DNA of 64,000 bases. Source: an uncultured Chloroflexia bacterium. GTDB taxonomy: Bacteria; Chloroflexota; Limnocylindria; Limnocylindrales; CSP1-4. Positions 49,094 through 60,796 of the stretch are shown in pieces. Position 1 is the first letter of the stretch. Every line of letters starts with the position of its first letter. A program made the translations under genes and the position numbers. The DNA lies in contig CAWEKG010000002.1 of NCBI GenBank assembly GCA_963809595.1, positions 724,713 to 788,712 on the forward strand, in the 5' to 3' direction. The notes under the pieces were generated by a model, which was not told where the DNA came from, searched no databases, and worked only from the letters and a program-made list of their open reading frames with translations.

Positions 49094-50230
49094 GTGGGTA
49101 TCGGTCGTTCGAGTCCGCCCGCGCCGCCCGCGCCGGCCTCTTCCGCAGGCGGCGACCTGGGCGATGCGCCCGGGACCGGGACCGGGTATGCTCCGGACTT
49201 GGACCAGTCGACTGAGCCAAGCGTCTCCACGGGGCGGCTCCACGCCGCCAGCCCGGTCGCGATCTGGGCCGGCCTCTTCACCCTCTACTTCGTGTGGGGC
49301 TCGACGTACATCGGGATCAAGGTCAGCGTCGAGACGATCCCGCCGTTCCTGATGGCCTCGATCCGCTTCCTCATCGCCGGGGCGATCCTGCTCACCTGGG
49401 AGATCGTCGCCACCCGTCGGCTCAGGGGCGACCCGGACGTGCCGCCGGAGGAGCGCCCGGCGATGCCCAGTCGGCGCGAGTGGCGGGACTCGACCATCGT
49501 CGGCGGAGCCCTCCTGCTCGGCGGCATGGGCATGGTCGCGCTCGGCGAGAAGACCGTCTCGGCCGGGATCGCGGCGATCCTCGTCGCGATGCTGCCGGTC
49601 TGGGTGGCCGTCTTCGGCCGGGTCTTCTTCGGGGAGCGACTCCCGGTCGCGGCCGTCGTCGGGATCATCGTCGGCCTGGCGGGCGTGATCATCCTGGTCG
49701 GTCCGTTCGCGTCCGGCGGCGAGGCGCGGCTCGACCCGTTCGGGATCCTGTGCCTGATCATCTCGCCGATGTGCTGGGGGGCCGGGTCGCTCTACTCGTC
49801 CCACCTGGCCACCCTGCCCCGACGACCGCTCACCGCGACCGGTCTCCAGATGCTCTGCGGCGGCCTGCTCCTCGGTTTCGGGGCGTTGGTCACCGGTGAG
49901 GTCGCCACGTTCGACCCGGCCGCCGTCTCGACCCGGTCGCTCGTCGCGCTGGTCTATCTCACGACGATCGGGAGCCTGGTCGGCTTCACCACCTACGTCT
50001 GGCTCCTGCGGGTGGCGCCGCTGCCCAGGATCGCGACCTACGCTTACGTGAACCCGGTCGTGGCGTTCATCCTGGCCGGCATCCTGCTCGGCGAGGCGAT
50101 CGAGCCACGCACGGTGATCGCCGGGGCCATCATCATCTTCGCCGTGGCCCTGATCGTCACCGCCCGGAGCCGGACCGACGGCCGGTCCGCGACCCAGCCC
50201 GGCGTAGCGACAGCCGCCTACCCGGACTGA
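49094..50230 (+). CDS. EamA/DMT family transporter; start uncertain
   Basis: Ten helices with two EamA repeats (LYFVWGSTYIGIKV... and LVYLTTIGSLVGFTTYVWLL). The first ~55 codons are low-complexity. TTG ~49199 is a possible shorter start. Confidence 0.8.
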   Translation: MGIGRSSPPAPPAPASSAGGDLGDAPGTGTGYAPDLDQSTEPSVSTGRLHAASPVAIWAGLFTLYFVWGSTYIGIKVSVETIPPFLMASIRFLIAGAILLTWEIVATRRLRGDPDVPPEERPAMPSRREWRDSTIVGGALLLGGMGMVALGEKTVSAGIAAILVAMLPVWVAVFGRVFFGERLPVAAVVGIIVGLAGVIILVGPFASGGEARLDPFGILCLIISPMCWGAGSLYSSHLATLPRRPLTATGLQMLCGGLLLGFGALVTGEVATFDPAAVSTRSLVALVYLTTIGSLVGFTTYVWLLRVAPLPRIATYAYVNPVVAFILAGILLGEAIEPRTVIAGAIIIFAVALIVTARSRTDGRSATQPGVATAAYPD

Positions 50231-50264
50231 CCCGGGGTCCGGCGAAGGTCGCTCGACCGGCCGT

Positions 50265-52334
50265 TCAGCCCTCGGCCAGGACCGTCCTGGCGACCCGCCG
50301 GGCCAGGGCCATCACGGTCAGCATCGGGTTTACCCCGATCGCGGTCGGGAAGAGCGAGGCGTCGGCGACATAGAGCCCCGGGATCGTCGAGATCGACCCG
50401 CCTCGCCCTGCCCGGCGGACGCGACCGTCGGGATCGCATGGGTGGCCAGCCGGATCCGCGCCCATCCGGACCGTGCCCATCTGATGGGCGCTGAAGATCG
50501 TCCCGCGGTTCGGACCGAAGTCGAAGCGCTGCAGTCGATCGAGGAAGGCAGCGAAGGCTCGCTCCTCGCCACCGGCTGCGAACCCGGTCGGGCCGTGCCA
50601 GTGCGGCGGGGTGCCGACCGCGACGAGCTCGCGGGCGCCGGCCGCCCGAGCCAGCCGGGCCATCGACCCCAGGGCGTGCCGGAGCGTCGCGACCCCGGTC
50701 GTGTCGAGGTCGTAGTCGACCCGGGCCCCGCCGCTCGCGGTGGCCCGCACCCGACCCGAGCCGCCGTCCTCGCTGACCGCGATCAGCGGCCCGCACCAGC
50801 GGATCCGGTCCATGATCCCGGCGTGGCGGTCGGTGCCCTCCCAGGGCAGGGCCAGGGCGAGCAGGCCCGGATGACCCGGCGCGCTCTCGACGACATACCC
50901 GTTGCGACCGGGCTCCGGCTCCAGAAAGGCCATCGAGCGGGCGCCCTGGAGCGGCCCCCGCCACATCTCGATCGGCTCGGGGTACCAGCCCGCCAGCACC
51001 GAGACCGGGTGGAGCCGCAGGTTGCGGCCGAGCTGGGGATGACCGATGCCCGACCGCTCCAGGACGACCGGGGTCCGCAGCGAGCCGGCCGCGACCACGA
51101 CCTGCCGGGCGCGCACCCGCAGCCGACGGGAGGGAGGTCGAGACCCGCTTGCTGCGGTCGCCCCGGACGGCGACTCCCAGCCGACCGTGCCCTCCACTCC
51201 GACCGCCCGCCCGCCCTCGATGAGCACCCGCTCGACCCGGGCGTCCGGCACGATCCGGGCACCGGCCCGGAAGGCGTCGGCGAGGTGGGCCCGCAGACCG
51301 GACCGCTTCGAGCCCGCCCGGCAGCCGAACGGGCACGAGCCGCAGGCCGTGCAGGTCGCGGCGTTGCGGGTCATCGGCGCCGCCTCCAGCCCGAGCTGCG
51401 CCGCCCCGCGCAGGATGATCGCGTCCTTGGCTGGCGGCTCGGCGACCGGGGCCACCTCCAGCTCGGCCGAGACGGCGGCGTAGTCGGCGTCCCCCTCGGC
51501 CCCGTCGAAGCCGGCGATCCCGTGGGTCGCCGCCCAGGTCGCCCGGACCCGATCCGGGGCGGCGATGCAGGTCATCCAGTTGATCGTGGTCCCACCGCCC
51601 ACCCCGGCGCCGGCCAGGATCGAGACCGAGCCGTCCCAGGTGGCCGTCAGGCCGTGTCCGAGGTAGAGCCGATCGAACGCGTCGAGCTCGTCGCGGGGCA
51701 TCTCCGGCTCGGGGACGAACGGCCCGGCCTCAAGCACCAGCACCGATCGCCCGGCCTCGGCCAGGGTCCCGGCGACCACTCCGGCCCCGGCGCCGGACCC
51801 GACGATGACGACGTCGGCTTCGAGGGTCAGCAGCCCGCCGGAAGCGTCGCCGACCGGGAGGGCGAAGGGTCGGATCGGGGTCGGGTCCTCGGTCAGTCCG
51901 GGGTCGTCCTGGACATAACCGATCGCGGTCAGGTACGGGTTGGCCGCCCCGCCCTCGCCGGGATCCGCGTAGGCCAGGAACGATAGCAGCCGCCGGAACG
52001 CCTGGAACGCGGAGCGACGGAGGGCCAGCCTCGACCCGCCCCAGGCCAGGAGGTAGCGCTCGCGGGCCGCCGGGTCGAGATCGCCGAACCGCGACGGCAG
52101 GCCGGTCAGGACCAGGTTGGCGACCCTGGACTCCGCCAGCCGGAGGGCGAGTCGGAGCTGACGGACCTGGGCCGGATCCACCGCCAGGTCGAGCGCCTCT
52201 GCGGCGAGCCGGGCCCGGCGCGTGGCCCCGCCTCGGACGAAGGTCTCGGCGAGAGCGGCCAGCGTGGCGAGCTCGGCCGGGGACCAGGAGGACCCCTCGG
52301 CGGGGCCCGGCGGGTCGGCGAGTCGTGGGTCCAA
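50265..52334 (-). CDS. GMC family FAD-dependent oxidoreductase (long-chain alcohol-oxidase-like)
   Basis: FAD motif DVVIVGSGAGAGVVA. C-terminal motifs: SAHQMGTVRMG and GLYVADASLFPTAIGVNPMLT. The ORF starts at a TTG. Confidence 0.85.
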   Translation of the reverse strand: MDPRLADPPGPAEGSSWSPAELATLAALAETFVRGGATRRARLAAEALDLAVDPAQVRQLRLALRLAESRVANLVLTGLPSRFGDLDPAARERYLLAWGGSRLALRRSAFQAFRRLLSFLAYADPGEGGAANPYLTAIGYVQDDPGLTEDPTPIRPFALPVGDASGGLLTLEADVVIVGSGAGAGVVAGTLAEAGRSVLVLEAGPFVPEPEMPRDELDAFDRLYLGHGLTATWDGSVSILAGAGVGGGTTINWMTCIAAPDRVRATWAATHGIAGFDGAEGDADYAAVSAELEVAPVAEPPAKDAIILRGAAQLGLEAAPMTRNAATCTACGSCPFGCRAGSKRSGLRAHLADAFRAGARIVPDARVERVLIEGGRAVGVEGTVGWESPSGATAASGSRPPSRRLRVRARQVVVAAGSLRTPVVLERSGIGHPQLGRNLRLHPVSVLAGWYPEPIEMWRGPLQGARSMAFLEPEPGRNGYVVESAPGHPGLLALALPWEGTDRHAGIMDRIRWCGPLIAVSEDGGSGRVRATASGGARVDYDLDTTGVATLRHALGSMARLARAAGARELVAVGTPPHWHGPTGFAAGGEERAFAAFLDRLQRFDFGPNRGTIFSAHQMGTVRMGADPAGHPCDPDGRVRRAGRGGSISTIPGLYVADASLFPTAIGVNPMLTVMALARRVARTVLAEG

Positions 52335-52432
52335 GCGCTCGGTCCCTCGGCTGCTGGCGGGCTACGATGACCGCCGAACGCGAATCATCCCACCCCGGCA
52401 TCGTCCCGTGCCGGCCCAAGGAGATCCCTCCG

Positions 52433-53896
52433 ATGATCGATGCCACGGCCCCCGGGACGGCTGAGCCGGTGATCGAACCGGTGGACGAACCCGGCCCTGC
52501 CGTCGACCCGCTCGCCGACGCGTCGCCCGGGGTCCGGGCCGCCTTCGAACGGGGCAGCCTCGCCGCGGCGGCCGCGACGGAGCGCCGATCGGAGATGCGC
52601 CGGATGCGCTTCGACACGATCGCCGTCCACGGGATCTACGGGATGCGCGAGGCGCTCGCGAACCAGGGCAGCATCATCGAGCCGGCCTACCTCAGCCCGG
52701 CCCAGCATTACCAGGACTCCGACGCCCTCGAGGCGGCCGTCGCCTACGGTGCACCGGCCTGGGGCTACACCCGGGTCGCCAACCCGACCCTGCACTACCT
52801 CGAGGAGACCCTCGCCCTCCTCGAGACGTACGGGACCGAGCTGACCGCGAGCGCCTGCGTGGCCGGGTCGGGGATGGCCGCCGTCCACCTCGCCACGAGC
52901 CCCTTCCTCAGCACCGCGGCGGACGCCCCGGCCGGCCGGCCGAACGTCGTCATCTCGGCCAAGTGCTACGGCGGCACGTTCATGCTCTTCGGCCGCTATG
53001 CCGCCGAGCGCGGCCTCGACGTCCGCTGGGTGAAGGACGAGCTCGACCTCGAGAGCTGGGCTTCACGGATCGATGCCGGGACCCGCTTCGTCTTCGGCGA
53101 GATGCCCTCGAACCCCGGGCTCGGCGTCTTCGACATCCCGGCCGTGGCGGGGCTCGCCCACGCGGCGGGGCTCCCGCTCATCGTCGACTCCACGGTGGCC
53201 ACCCCGGCCCTGCTCCGACCCCTGGCCCTGGGCGCCGACGTCGTCGTCCACTCGCTGTCCAAGGCGATCGCCGGATCCGGGATGTCGATCGGCGGCGCGG
53301 TGATCGCCCGGCACGGGATCCCGAGCAGGGTCGGCGACGACGACCTGCGGGCGGACTACGGGCTCTACCTCAAGCTGGGACCGGGCCGCGACCAGGGACC
53401 GGCCTTCTCGCCGTTCAACGCCCTGATGACCCTCAACGACCTGCGCACGCTCCGCTCCCGGATGGACCTGTGGAGCCGCTCGACGGAGACGGTGGCCCGG
53501 TTCCTGGCGGCCCATCCCGCCGTCGACGAGGTCGGCTATCCGGGGCTCGAGACCCACCCCGGTCACGCCGTCGCCCGGCGCGACCTGCGCCTCGTCGACG
53601 CGGAGCCGCGCGACGAGCCGGCCGGCCGTTACGGCTCGCTGATGTCGTTCGTGGTGCGGGGCGGCGCCCCGGCGGCCCGGGTCGCGTTCGACCGGCTCCG
53701 GCTCGTCTGGCGGGCGACCGACCTCGGCCGGGTCAAGAGCATCGCGACGATCCCCGAGATCAGCACCCACCAGCAGCAGGGCGATGCGGGGCGCGAGCTC
53801 GCCTCGCTCCGGCCCGGGCTCATCCGCCTGTCGATCGGCGGCGAGCATCCGGACGACCTTATGGCCGACCTCGACCAGGCGCTGTCCGGGCGCTGA
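52433..53896 (+). CDS. Cys/Met-metabolism PLP-dependent enzyme (O-acetylhomoserine sulfhydrylase-like)
   Basis: AAGGAG lies 9 nt upstream of ATG 52433. Motifs: FDTIAVHG, YTRVANPT, and PLP-lysine region VVHSLSKAIAGSG. There is a ~60-aa N-terminal extension. Confidence 0.8.
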   Translation: MIDATAPGTAEPVIEPVDEPGPAVDPLADASPGVRAAFERGSLAAAAATERRSEMRRMRFDTIAVHGIYGMREALANQGSIIEPAYLSPAQHYQDSDALEAAVAYGAPAWGYTRVANPTLHYLEETLALLETYGTELTASACVAGSGMAAVHLATSPFLSTAADAPAGRPNVVISAKCYGGTFMLFGRYAAERGLDVRWVKDELDLESWASRIDAGTRFVFGEMPSNPGLGVFDIPAVAGLAHAAGLPLIVDSTVATPALLRPLALGADVVVHSLSKAIAGSGMSIGGAVIARHGIPSRVGDDDLRADYGLYLKLGPGRDQGPAFSPFNALMTLNDLRTLRSRMDLWSRSTETVARFLAAHPAVDEVGYPGLETHPGHAVARRDLRLVDAEPRDEPAGRYGSLMSFVVRGGAPAARVAFDRLRLVWRATDLGRVKSIATIPEISTHQQQGDAGRELASLRPGLIRLSIGGEHPDDLMADLDQALSGR

Positions 53897-53963
53897 TCCG
53901 GACCACGACCCCCGCGGAGTGCGTCGTCCCGCGCCCCCGCCCGACCGAGATGGAGACGCCTCG

Positions 53964-55389
<1,426 letters not shown>

Positions 55390-55391
55390 AC

Positions 55392-56153
55392 ATGTCGGGC
55401 GAGCGCACTGCCATGGACCGCTGGAAATTCTTCGCGATCACCCACGCAGACCATGTCGTGTGCAACCCGATGAGCGTCGACGCGCTCGAGGAGCTCGTCG
55501 ACCTGCTCGAGCTTCCGCCCCGAGCCCGGGTCCTCGATATCGCCTGCGGCAAGGGTGAGCTGCTGGTCCGCCTCGTCGAACAGTATCGCGTACGGGCGGT
55601 CGGGGTCGACCTCTCGCCGTCGTTCATCCGAGACCTCCGAGAGAAGGCGGTCGGGCGTGTCCCGGACGCCGACCTCGAGGTGCTCGAGATGGACGGTGCC
55701 GACTACCGGGGCGAGCTGGGCAGCTTTGACCTGGCCTGCTGTCTCGGGGCGAGCTGGACCTTCGACGGACACGCGGGGACCCTGCGGGCCCTGTCGGGGT
55801 TCGTCCGACCGGGTGGTCTGGTCCTCGTTGGCGAACCGTTCTGGCGCCGGTCGCCGGGGCAGGCGTACCTCGCATCGAGCGGACTACGGGCCGACCAGTT
55901 CGGGACGAACGTGGAGAACGTCGAAGCGGGTAAGCGGGCCGGGCTGACGCCCGTCTACGCCATGCCTCGACCGGTCGAGGACTTCGATCGCTACGAGGCT
56001 CTCAAGTGGCGAGCCGTGGATCGCTGGGCGCGGGCGAACCCGGACGATCCGGACCTGCCAGCGCTGCGCGAGCGCGTGGCCCACGAGCGCCACGAGTACC
56101 TCACCTGGGGACGGGACACGCTCGGCTGGGGCATCTACCTGTTCCGACGCTGA
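55392..56153 (+). CDS. class I SAM-dependent methyltransferase
   Basis: The ATG is 2 nt after the upstream stop. Motif I is RVLDIACGKGEL. Also GGLVLVGEPFW. Confidence 0.8.
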   Translation: MSGERTAMDRWKFFAITHADHVVCNPMSVDALEELVDLLELPPRARVLDIACGKGELLVRLVEQYRVRAVGVDLSPSFIRDLREKAVGRVPDADLEVLEMDGADYRGELGSFDLACCLGASWTFDGHAGTLRALSGFVRPGGLVLVGEPFWRRSPGQAYLASSGLRADQFGTNVENVEAGKRAGLTPVYAMPRPVEDFDRYEALKWRAVDRWARANPDDPDLPALRERVAHERHEYLTWGRDTLGWGIYLFRR

Positions 56154-56160
56154 GCGAGGA

Positions 56161-56499
56161 TCAGAGGGAGCCCGAAGGCCCGTGCCGGGACGTCCACCGG
56201 AGGGCCCCGACCAGCAGGGCGAGGGCCGCGAAGGAGACGGTCGACAGGGCGACCCCGAACATCGCCGCGCGTGGGTTCCCATGCCAGGTCCCACCCACGA
56301 TGTGGATGAGCCCGAACAGGCCGGCCCCCAGCAGGACGAGGCCGCCGATGCCGGCCCCGACCTGCGTGGCACCCGCGTGCCCGGCCCAGCCCAGCGTCCG
56401 AGCGAGACGGGTGCGTCGCGACGACCCCCGCTCGGAGGCCCTAGACGCCTCGCCGGGACCGACGCCGGTCGCCGACCGACCCGTGAGCCGTTCCGTCAT
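56161..56499 (-). CDS. small membrane protein (two helices)
   Basis: ATGA overlap with the upstream acyl-CoA dehydrogenase gene. Hydrophobic helices: GAGIGGLVLLGAGLFGLIHIV and FGVALSTVSFAALALLVGAL. Confidence 0.5.
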   Translation of the reverse strand: MTERLTGRSATGVGPGEASRASERGSSRRTRLARTLGWAGHAGATQVGAGIGGLVLLGAGLFGLIHIVGGTWHGNPRAAMFGVALSTVSFAALALLVGALRWTSRHGPSGSL

Positions 56500-57720
56500 C
56501 CGTCAACCGGACGCGCGACCCCGCGCTCCCAACCCTGGGCCGGCCACGGCTCGCAGCGGAGCGGACGATCCTCGCGATAGCCCAGGGCGTAGTCGGCCTG
56601 GATGAGGGTGTGGAGCTGGCTGGTGCCCTCGTAGATGACGGCGGCCTTCGAGTTGCGCAGGTAGCGCTCGACCGGGAACTCGTTGCTGTAGCCGTTCGCG
56701 CCGTGGATCTGGATCGCGTCGAGGGCGGCCTGGACCGAGTGATCGGTGGCGTGCCACTTCGCCAGGCTCGTCTCGCGGGTGTTGCGGAGGCCCTGGTTCT
56801 TCAGCCAGCCCGCCCGCCAGACCAGGAGCCGGCCGATCTCGGTCCCCTTGGCCATGTTCGCGATCATCTGCTTGACCAGCTGGTGCCGGCCGATCTCCTG
56901 GCCGAAGGTCTGTCGCTCGTGGGCGTATTTCAGGCTCGCGTCGAGACAGGCCTGGGCAAGTCCCACCGCCCCGGCCGCCACGGTGAAGCGACCCTGGTCG
57001 ATGGCGCTCATGGCGATGAGGAAGCCCTCGCCCTCCTCGCCGACCCGGTTCTCGACCGGGACCTCGCAGTCGTCGAAGTTGAGCAGCCCGGTGTTGCCGG
57101 CCCGGATCCCGAGCTTGCCGTGGAGGGTCCCGGTACTGAAGCCCTGGAAGCCCCGCTCGACGATGAAGGCGGTGACGCCCTTGTGCTTCTTCGCCCGGTC
57201 GACCGTCGCGAAGACCAGGAAGTGGTCGGCGATGTCGGCCAGGCTGATCCAGATCTTGGCCCCGTTGAGGAGGTAGCGGTCGCCCTCCCGGCGGGCCGTC
57301 GTCTGGAGCGCGCCGGCGTCCGTCCCGACCCCGGGCTCGGTCAGGCCGAAGGTCGCCAGCTTCTCGCCGCGCGCCTGGGGGACGAGGTACTTCCGGCGCT
57401 GCTCCTCGGTCCCCCACTGGAGAAGGGTCAGCGAGTTGAGCCCCACGTGGACGCTCTGGACCACCCGGAAGGCGGTGTCGGCGCGCTCCAGCTCCTCGCA
57501 CAGGATGGCGAAGCTGATGTAGTCCATCCCCGCTCCGCCGTAGGTCTCGGGGATCGGCGCGCCGAGGAATCCCAGCTCGCCCATCTTGTCGAAGATCTCG
57601 CGATGGACCTCGCCCTTCTCGTCCCACTCGCGGATGTACGGCAGGATCTCGGCCTCCACGAAGCCACGGGCGGCCTCGCGGACCAGGCGGTGCTCATCGG
57701 TGGGCGAGAAGTCGATCACG
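56496..57720 (-). CDS. acyl-CoA dehydrogenase
   Basis: FGLTEPGVGTDAG, KIWISLA and IHGANGYSNEFPVERYLRNSKAAVIYEGTSQLH. The start is taken at GTG 57720 (VIDFSPTDEH). Confidence 0.9.
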
Positions 57721-57989
57721 GTAGCGCTCCTCGTGGCGGCGCGGGCGCGCACCGGGGGCGGAAGGCGGGCGGAAGCAGGCTCATTCTAGGCCGTCCGGCA
57801 CCACGGGCCCCCGGGCCAGCGCCGGGCGGGCGCCGATCCGGTCCGCCGCCGCGGCCCGCCGGATGGACCCCGGACGCCCGGCCGTCCGGCAGGGGTCGGC
57901 TCGGCCTCGCCCTCCTATACTCGGTCGGCCGAGCGCCGGCCGGGCGCGCCCGTGCCCCACCACGCCTGCAGCCCGCCAAGGACCACCAG

Positions 57990-59298
57990 ATGGACGATCT
58001 GCAGATCCTGGAGGCGGCCGCTCCGTCGCACGACTCGCCGTTCCTCAGCCCGGTCCTCGGCCGGTACTTCGAGTGCAGCTGGAGCCACGGCGAGGGGCAC
58101 CGCCTGTACGACACGGCCGGGCGGGGCTACCTCGACTTCGCCAACGGGATCGCGGTCACCAGCCTCGGTCACCACCATCCGGCGGTCACCGCGGCTATCC
58201 ACGCCCAGGTCGACCGGCTGATCGGTCCGACCGGCGCGATCGGCTTCTCGGAGCCGGTCAAGCTCCTGGCCGGGATGCTGGCCGGGACGCTGCCCGACCC
58301 GATCGACACGATCTTCTTCCTGAACTCGGGCTCGGAGGCCATCGAGGCCTCGCTCAAGCTCGCCCGCCGGGTGACCGGGCGGCCGGCGATCATCGCCTTC
58401 CAGGGCGCCTTCCACGGTCGGACCCTGGGGGCGACCTCGGTGACGAGCTCGAGCCTCAACTACCGGGCCGGCTACGAGCCGCTCCTGCCGTCCGTCTACC
58501 TGACCCCGTTCCCGGCGGTCTACCGCGACTTCGGCGGCGACGAGGAGCTGGCGACGCGGACCTGCATGGACGCGCTCCACCGGCTGACCTCGTTCATCGT
58601 CCCGGCCACGAGCGTCGCCGCCATCCTCATCGAGCCGGTCCAGGGCGAGGGTGGCTACCAGCCGGCCCCGCTCGCCTTCATGCGCCAGCTGCGCGCGTTC
58701 TGCGACGAGCACGGGATCCTGCTCATCGCCGACGAGGTCCAGTCCGGCTACGCGCGGACCGGCCGGATGTGGGCGTTCGAGCACGCCGGGATCGTCCCCG
58801 ACGTCGTCTGCATCGCCAAGGCGATCGCCAACGGCCTGCCGCTGTCGGCCATCGCGACCCGTCGCGAGCTCCAGGAACGCTGGGGCAAGAGCGCCCACGG
58901 GTCGACGTACGGCGGCAACCCGGTCGCCTGCGCCGCCGGCATCGCCGTCCTCGAGACGATCGCGCGACCGAGGGCCTCGTCGCCAACGCGGCGGCCCGCG
59001 GCGCAGCAGCTGACCGGGCCGGTCTGGAGCGCTTCCAGGCCGAGGACGACCGGATCGGCGACGTCCGCGGGCCCGGGCTGATGATCGGCGTCGAGTTCGT
59101 CCGCGACCGGGCGACTCGTCAGCCCGACGGGGAGACCGTGGACGCCGTCGTCGCGACGGTGCGCCGACGACGGGCTGCTCGTCCTGTCGCTGCGGACCGG
59201 CCCACCAGGTCATCCGCTGGATCCCGCCGCTCGACGCGTCGTCGGCCGAGATCGACGAGGCGCTGGCGATCTTCTGGGGCGCCCTCGGCAAGGTCTGA
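57990..59298 (+). pseudogene. class III (GabT-like) aminotransferase with three frame switches in the last 350 nt
   Basis: The gene is intact to ...GGNPVACAAGIAVLETIA and contains LNSGSEAIEASLKLAR, LIADEVQSGYARTGRMWA and the PLP-lysine region VVCIAKAIANG. The frames then change at ~58962 (ATEGLVANAAARG...IGDVRGPGLMIGVEF), ~59158 (CADDGLLVLS) and ~59188 (CGPAHQVIRWIPPLDASSAEIDEALAIFWGALGKV*). Confidence 0.75.
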
Positions 59299-59388
59299 GC
59301 CGGACAGCAGCGAGCGCCTGCGTCGGTGCAGGCGCTCAGGGACGCGAAGGCGGGCGGGACGCGACGCCGAGGCGCGGCGGACCGGGGT

Positions 59389-59583
59389 CTAGCGGTTGCG
59401 GGCGAGGAAGTTCATCACGTCCTCGTAGCGGAAGCGGCGGTCGCCGCGCTTGCAGACGCGATAGAACGGGAGCTCGCCGCGGTCGCCGAGCCGCTTCACG
59501 GTGTTCACGTGAAGGTGGAGCATGTCGGCCACCTCGCTCGCGGTGAGCATCGGTCCGATTTCGTTGACGGCCATGGATGCCAT
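59389..59583 (-). CDS. small excisionase-family / BldC-like HTH DNA-binding protein (64 aa)
   Basis: MLTASEVADMLHLHVNTVKRLGDRGELPFYRVCKRGDRRFRYEDV. The start is taken at ATG 59583. Confidence 0.7.
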   Translation of the reverse strand: MASMAVNEIGPMLTASEVADMLHLHVNTVKRLGDRGELPFYRVCKRGDRRFRYEDVMNFLARNR

Positions 59584-59752
59584 TGGTCGGTCAGCCTCGT
59601 CTGTGCGTCTTCGGGCCGGGTCCGGGTCCGTATGGGGACGACGGGTGGAGTCCGGCCTGCTGCTGAGGGGAGCGTAGAGGTGGCCGGGACCGACCGCCAA
59701 GCCGTACGTTGGTCCCACCGGGGGTACCAGACCCACCGCCTCCGCCCCGGAC

Positions 59753-59806
59753 GTGACGACGCCCCCGGTCGCGACCGGTCCCGAAGGACCGCGACGGGGG
59801 CGTCAC
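59753..59806 (-). terminator. long imperfect GC hairpin downstream of the Flp pilin gene
   Basis: GTGACG(ac)GCCCCCG(g)TCGCG ... CGCGACGGGGGCGTCAC, with an inner GGTCC-cgaa-GGACC hairpin. It lies 30 nt after the pilin stop. There is no U-tract. Confidence 0.4.
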
Positions 59807-59835
59807 CTAGGTGGCCGCCGGGATGACCTGCTCGA

Positions 59836-60018
59836 TCAGACCGAGTTTCCGACGCCGCTGAGCATCGTGGATAGCGTGCCGCCGAGATAGATCAGGGAGA
59901 GGATGGCGACGATGGCGATGAGAACGAGGATGAGTGCGTATTCCGCGAGACCCTGACCCTGCTCGCTCGGTCGCTGTCGGGCACGTCCCAGGACGGCCCG
60001 CGCCATGACCGCGTGCAT
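59836..60018 (-). CDS. flp: Flp family type IVb pilin
   Basis: Prepilin motif G/QGLAEY followed by the hydrophobic helix ALILVLIAIVAILSLIYL; 60 aa. Confidence 0.85.
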   Translation of the reverse strand: MHAVMARAVLGRARQRPSEQGQGLAEYALILVLIAIVAILSLIYLGGTLSTMLSGVGNSV

Positions 60019-60202
60019 GAGCGTTACTGCACCTCCTTCCGGTCGAAGTCCTCCCCTTGAGAGGCTGTACGAAGCGCACCAACCGCCTGCGCACGACGGG
60101 CCGGACGCAACCCGCCGGTCGAGTCATCGTGGTCGCCGCCCTTGGGGGGTGTCAAGACGCCGAAAGGGGTACTCGGTGCGGGCGTGCCCTCACCCGAGAG
60201 TC

Positions 60203-60676
60203 CTATTCCGTGGGGTCTCCCGGCCGGATGGAGACGCCGCCGAAGATCGAGCGGGCCACGATCGCGAGCATCGGCCCATCCTCATCGGCGGTGCCCGGGT
60301 CGGTCTGGTCGGACGCGCCGCCGAAGATCCCGCGGGAGTCGAGGACGATCCGCCACGACCTGGGGACGACGACGTCCAGGCCGCCGAAGATCGACTGGAT
60401 CCGGAGCCGACCGCCGGCCGGGTCGAGGGTGGCGCCACGCAGATCCAGCGAGCCGCCGCCGTACCAGCAGACCAAGTCGCCCCCCCGGAAGGCCGCGGCC
60501 GTGCTGGCGCCGTCGAGCCCGTCGAAGATGACCGCCAGGTCGAGGACGTCGGCAGACGGGTCGAACACGTCCTGGCCGAGGCCGATCCGTCGGGTCTTCT
60601 CGCGGTAGGCGAGCAGGGTCGGAACCGAGAAGCCGACGAGGGTCAGCAGACCGAGCAACCAGGCCAGACGTCGCAT
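60203..60676 (-). CDS. membrane-anchored LiaF-like (DUF2154-type) domain protein
   Basis: N-terminal helix. The body reads GGGSLDLRGATLDP...IQSIFGGLDVVVP...GIFGGASD...SIFGGVSIRP, showing the repeated xIFGG strands typical of LiaF C-terminal domains. Confidence 0.6.
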   Translation of the reverse strand: MRRLAWLLGLLTLVGFSVPTLLAYREKTRRIGLGQDVFDPSADVLDLAVIFDGLDGASTAAAFRGGDLVCWYGGGSLDLRGATLDPAGGRLRIQSIFGGLDVVVPRSWRIVLDSRGIFGGASDQTDPGTADEDGPMLAIVARSIFGGVSIRPGDPTE

Positions 60677-60796
60677 CGTCTCCCTCCATCCATGAGCCGA
60701 CCGGATCCGCGGTCGAGGCGGTCACTGTGGCACGGAATGGCCGGAGCCGCCCGGGTGGCGGCCGACCGTGGTCGCCCACGGGGAACCGACGCGCGG

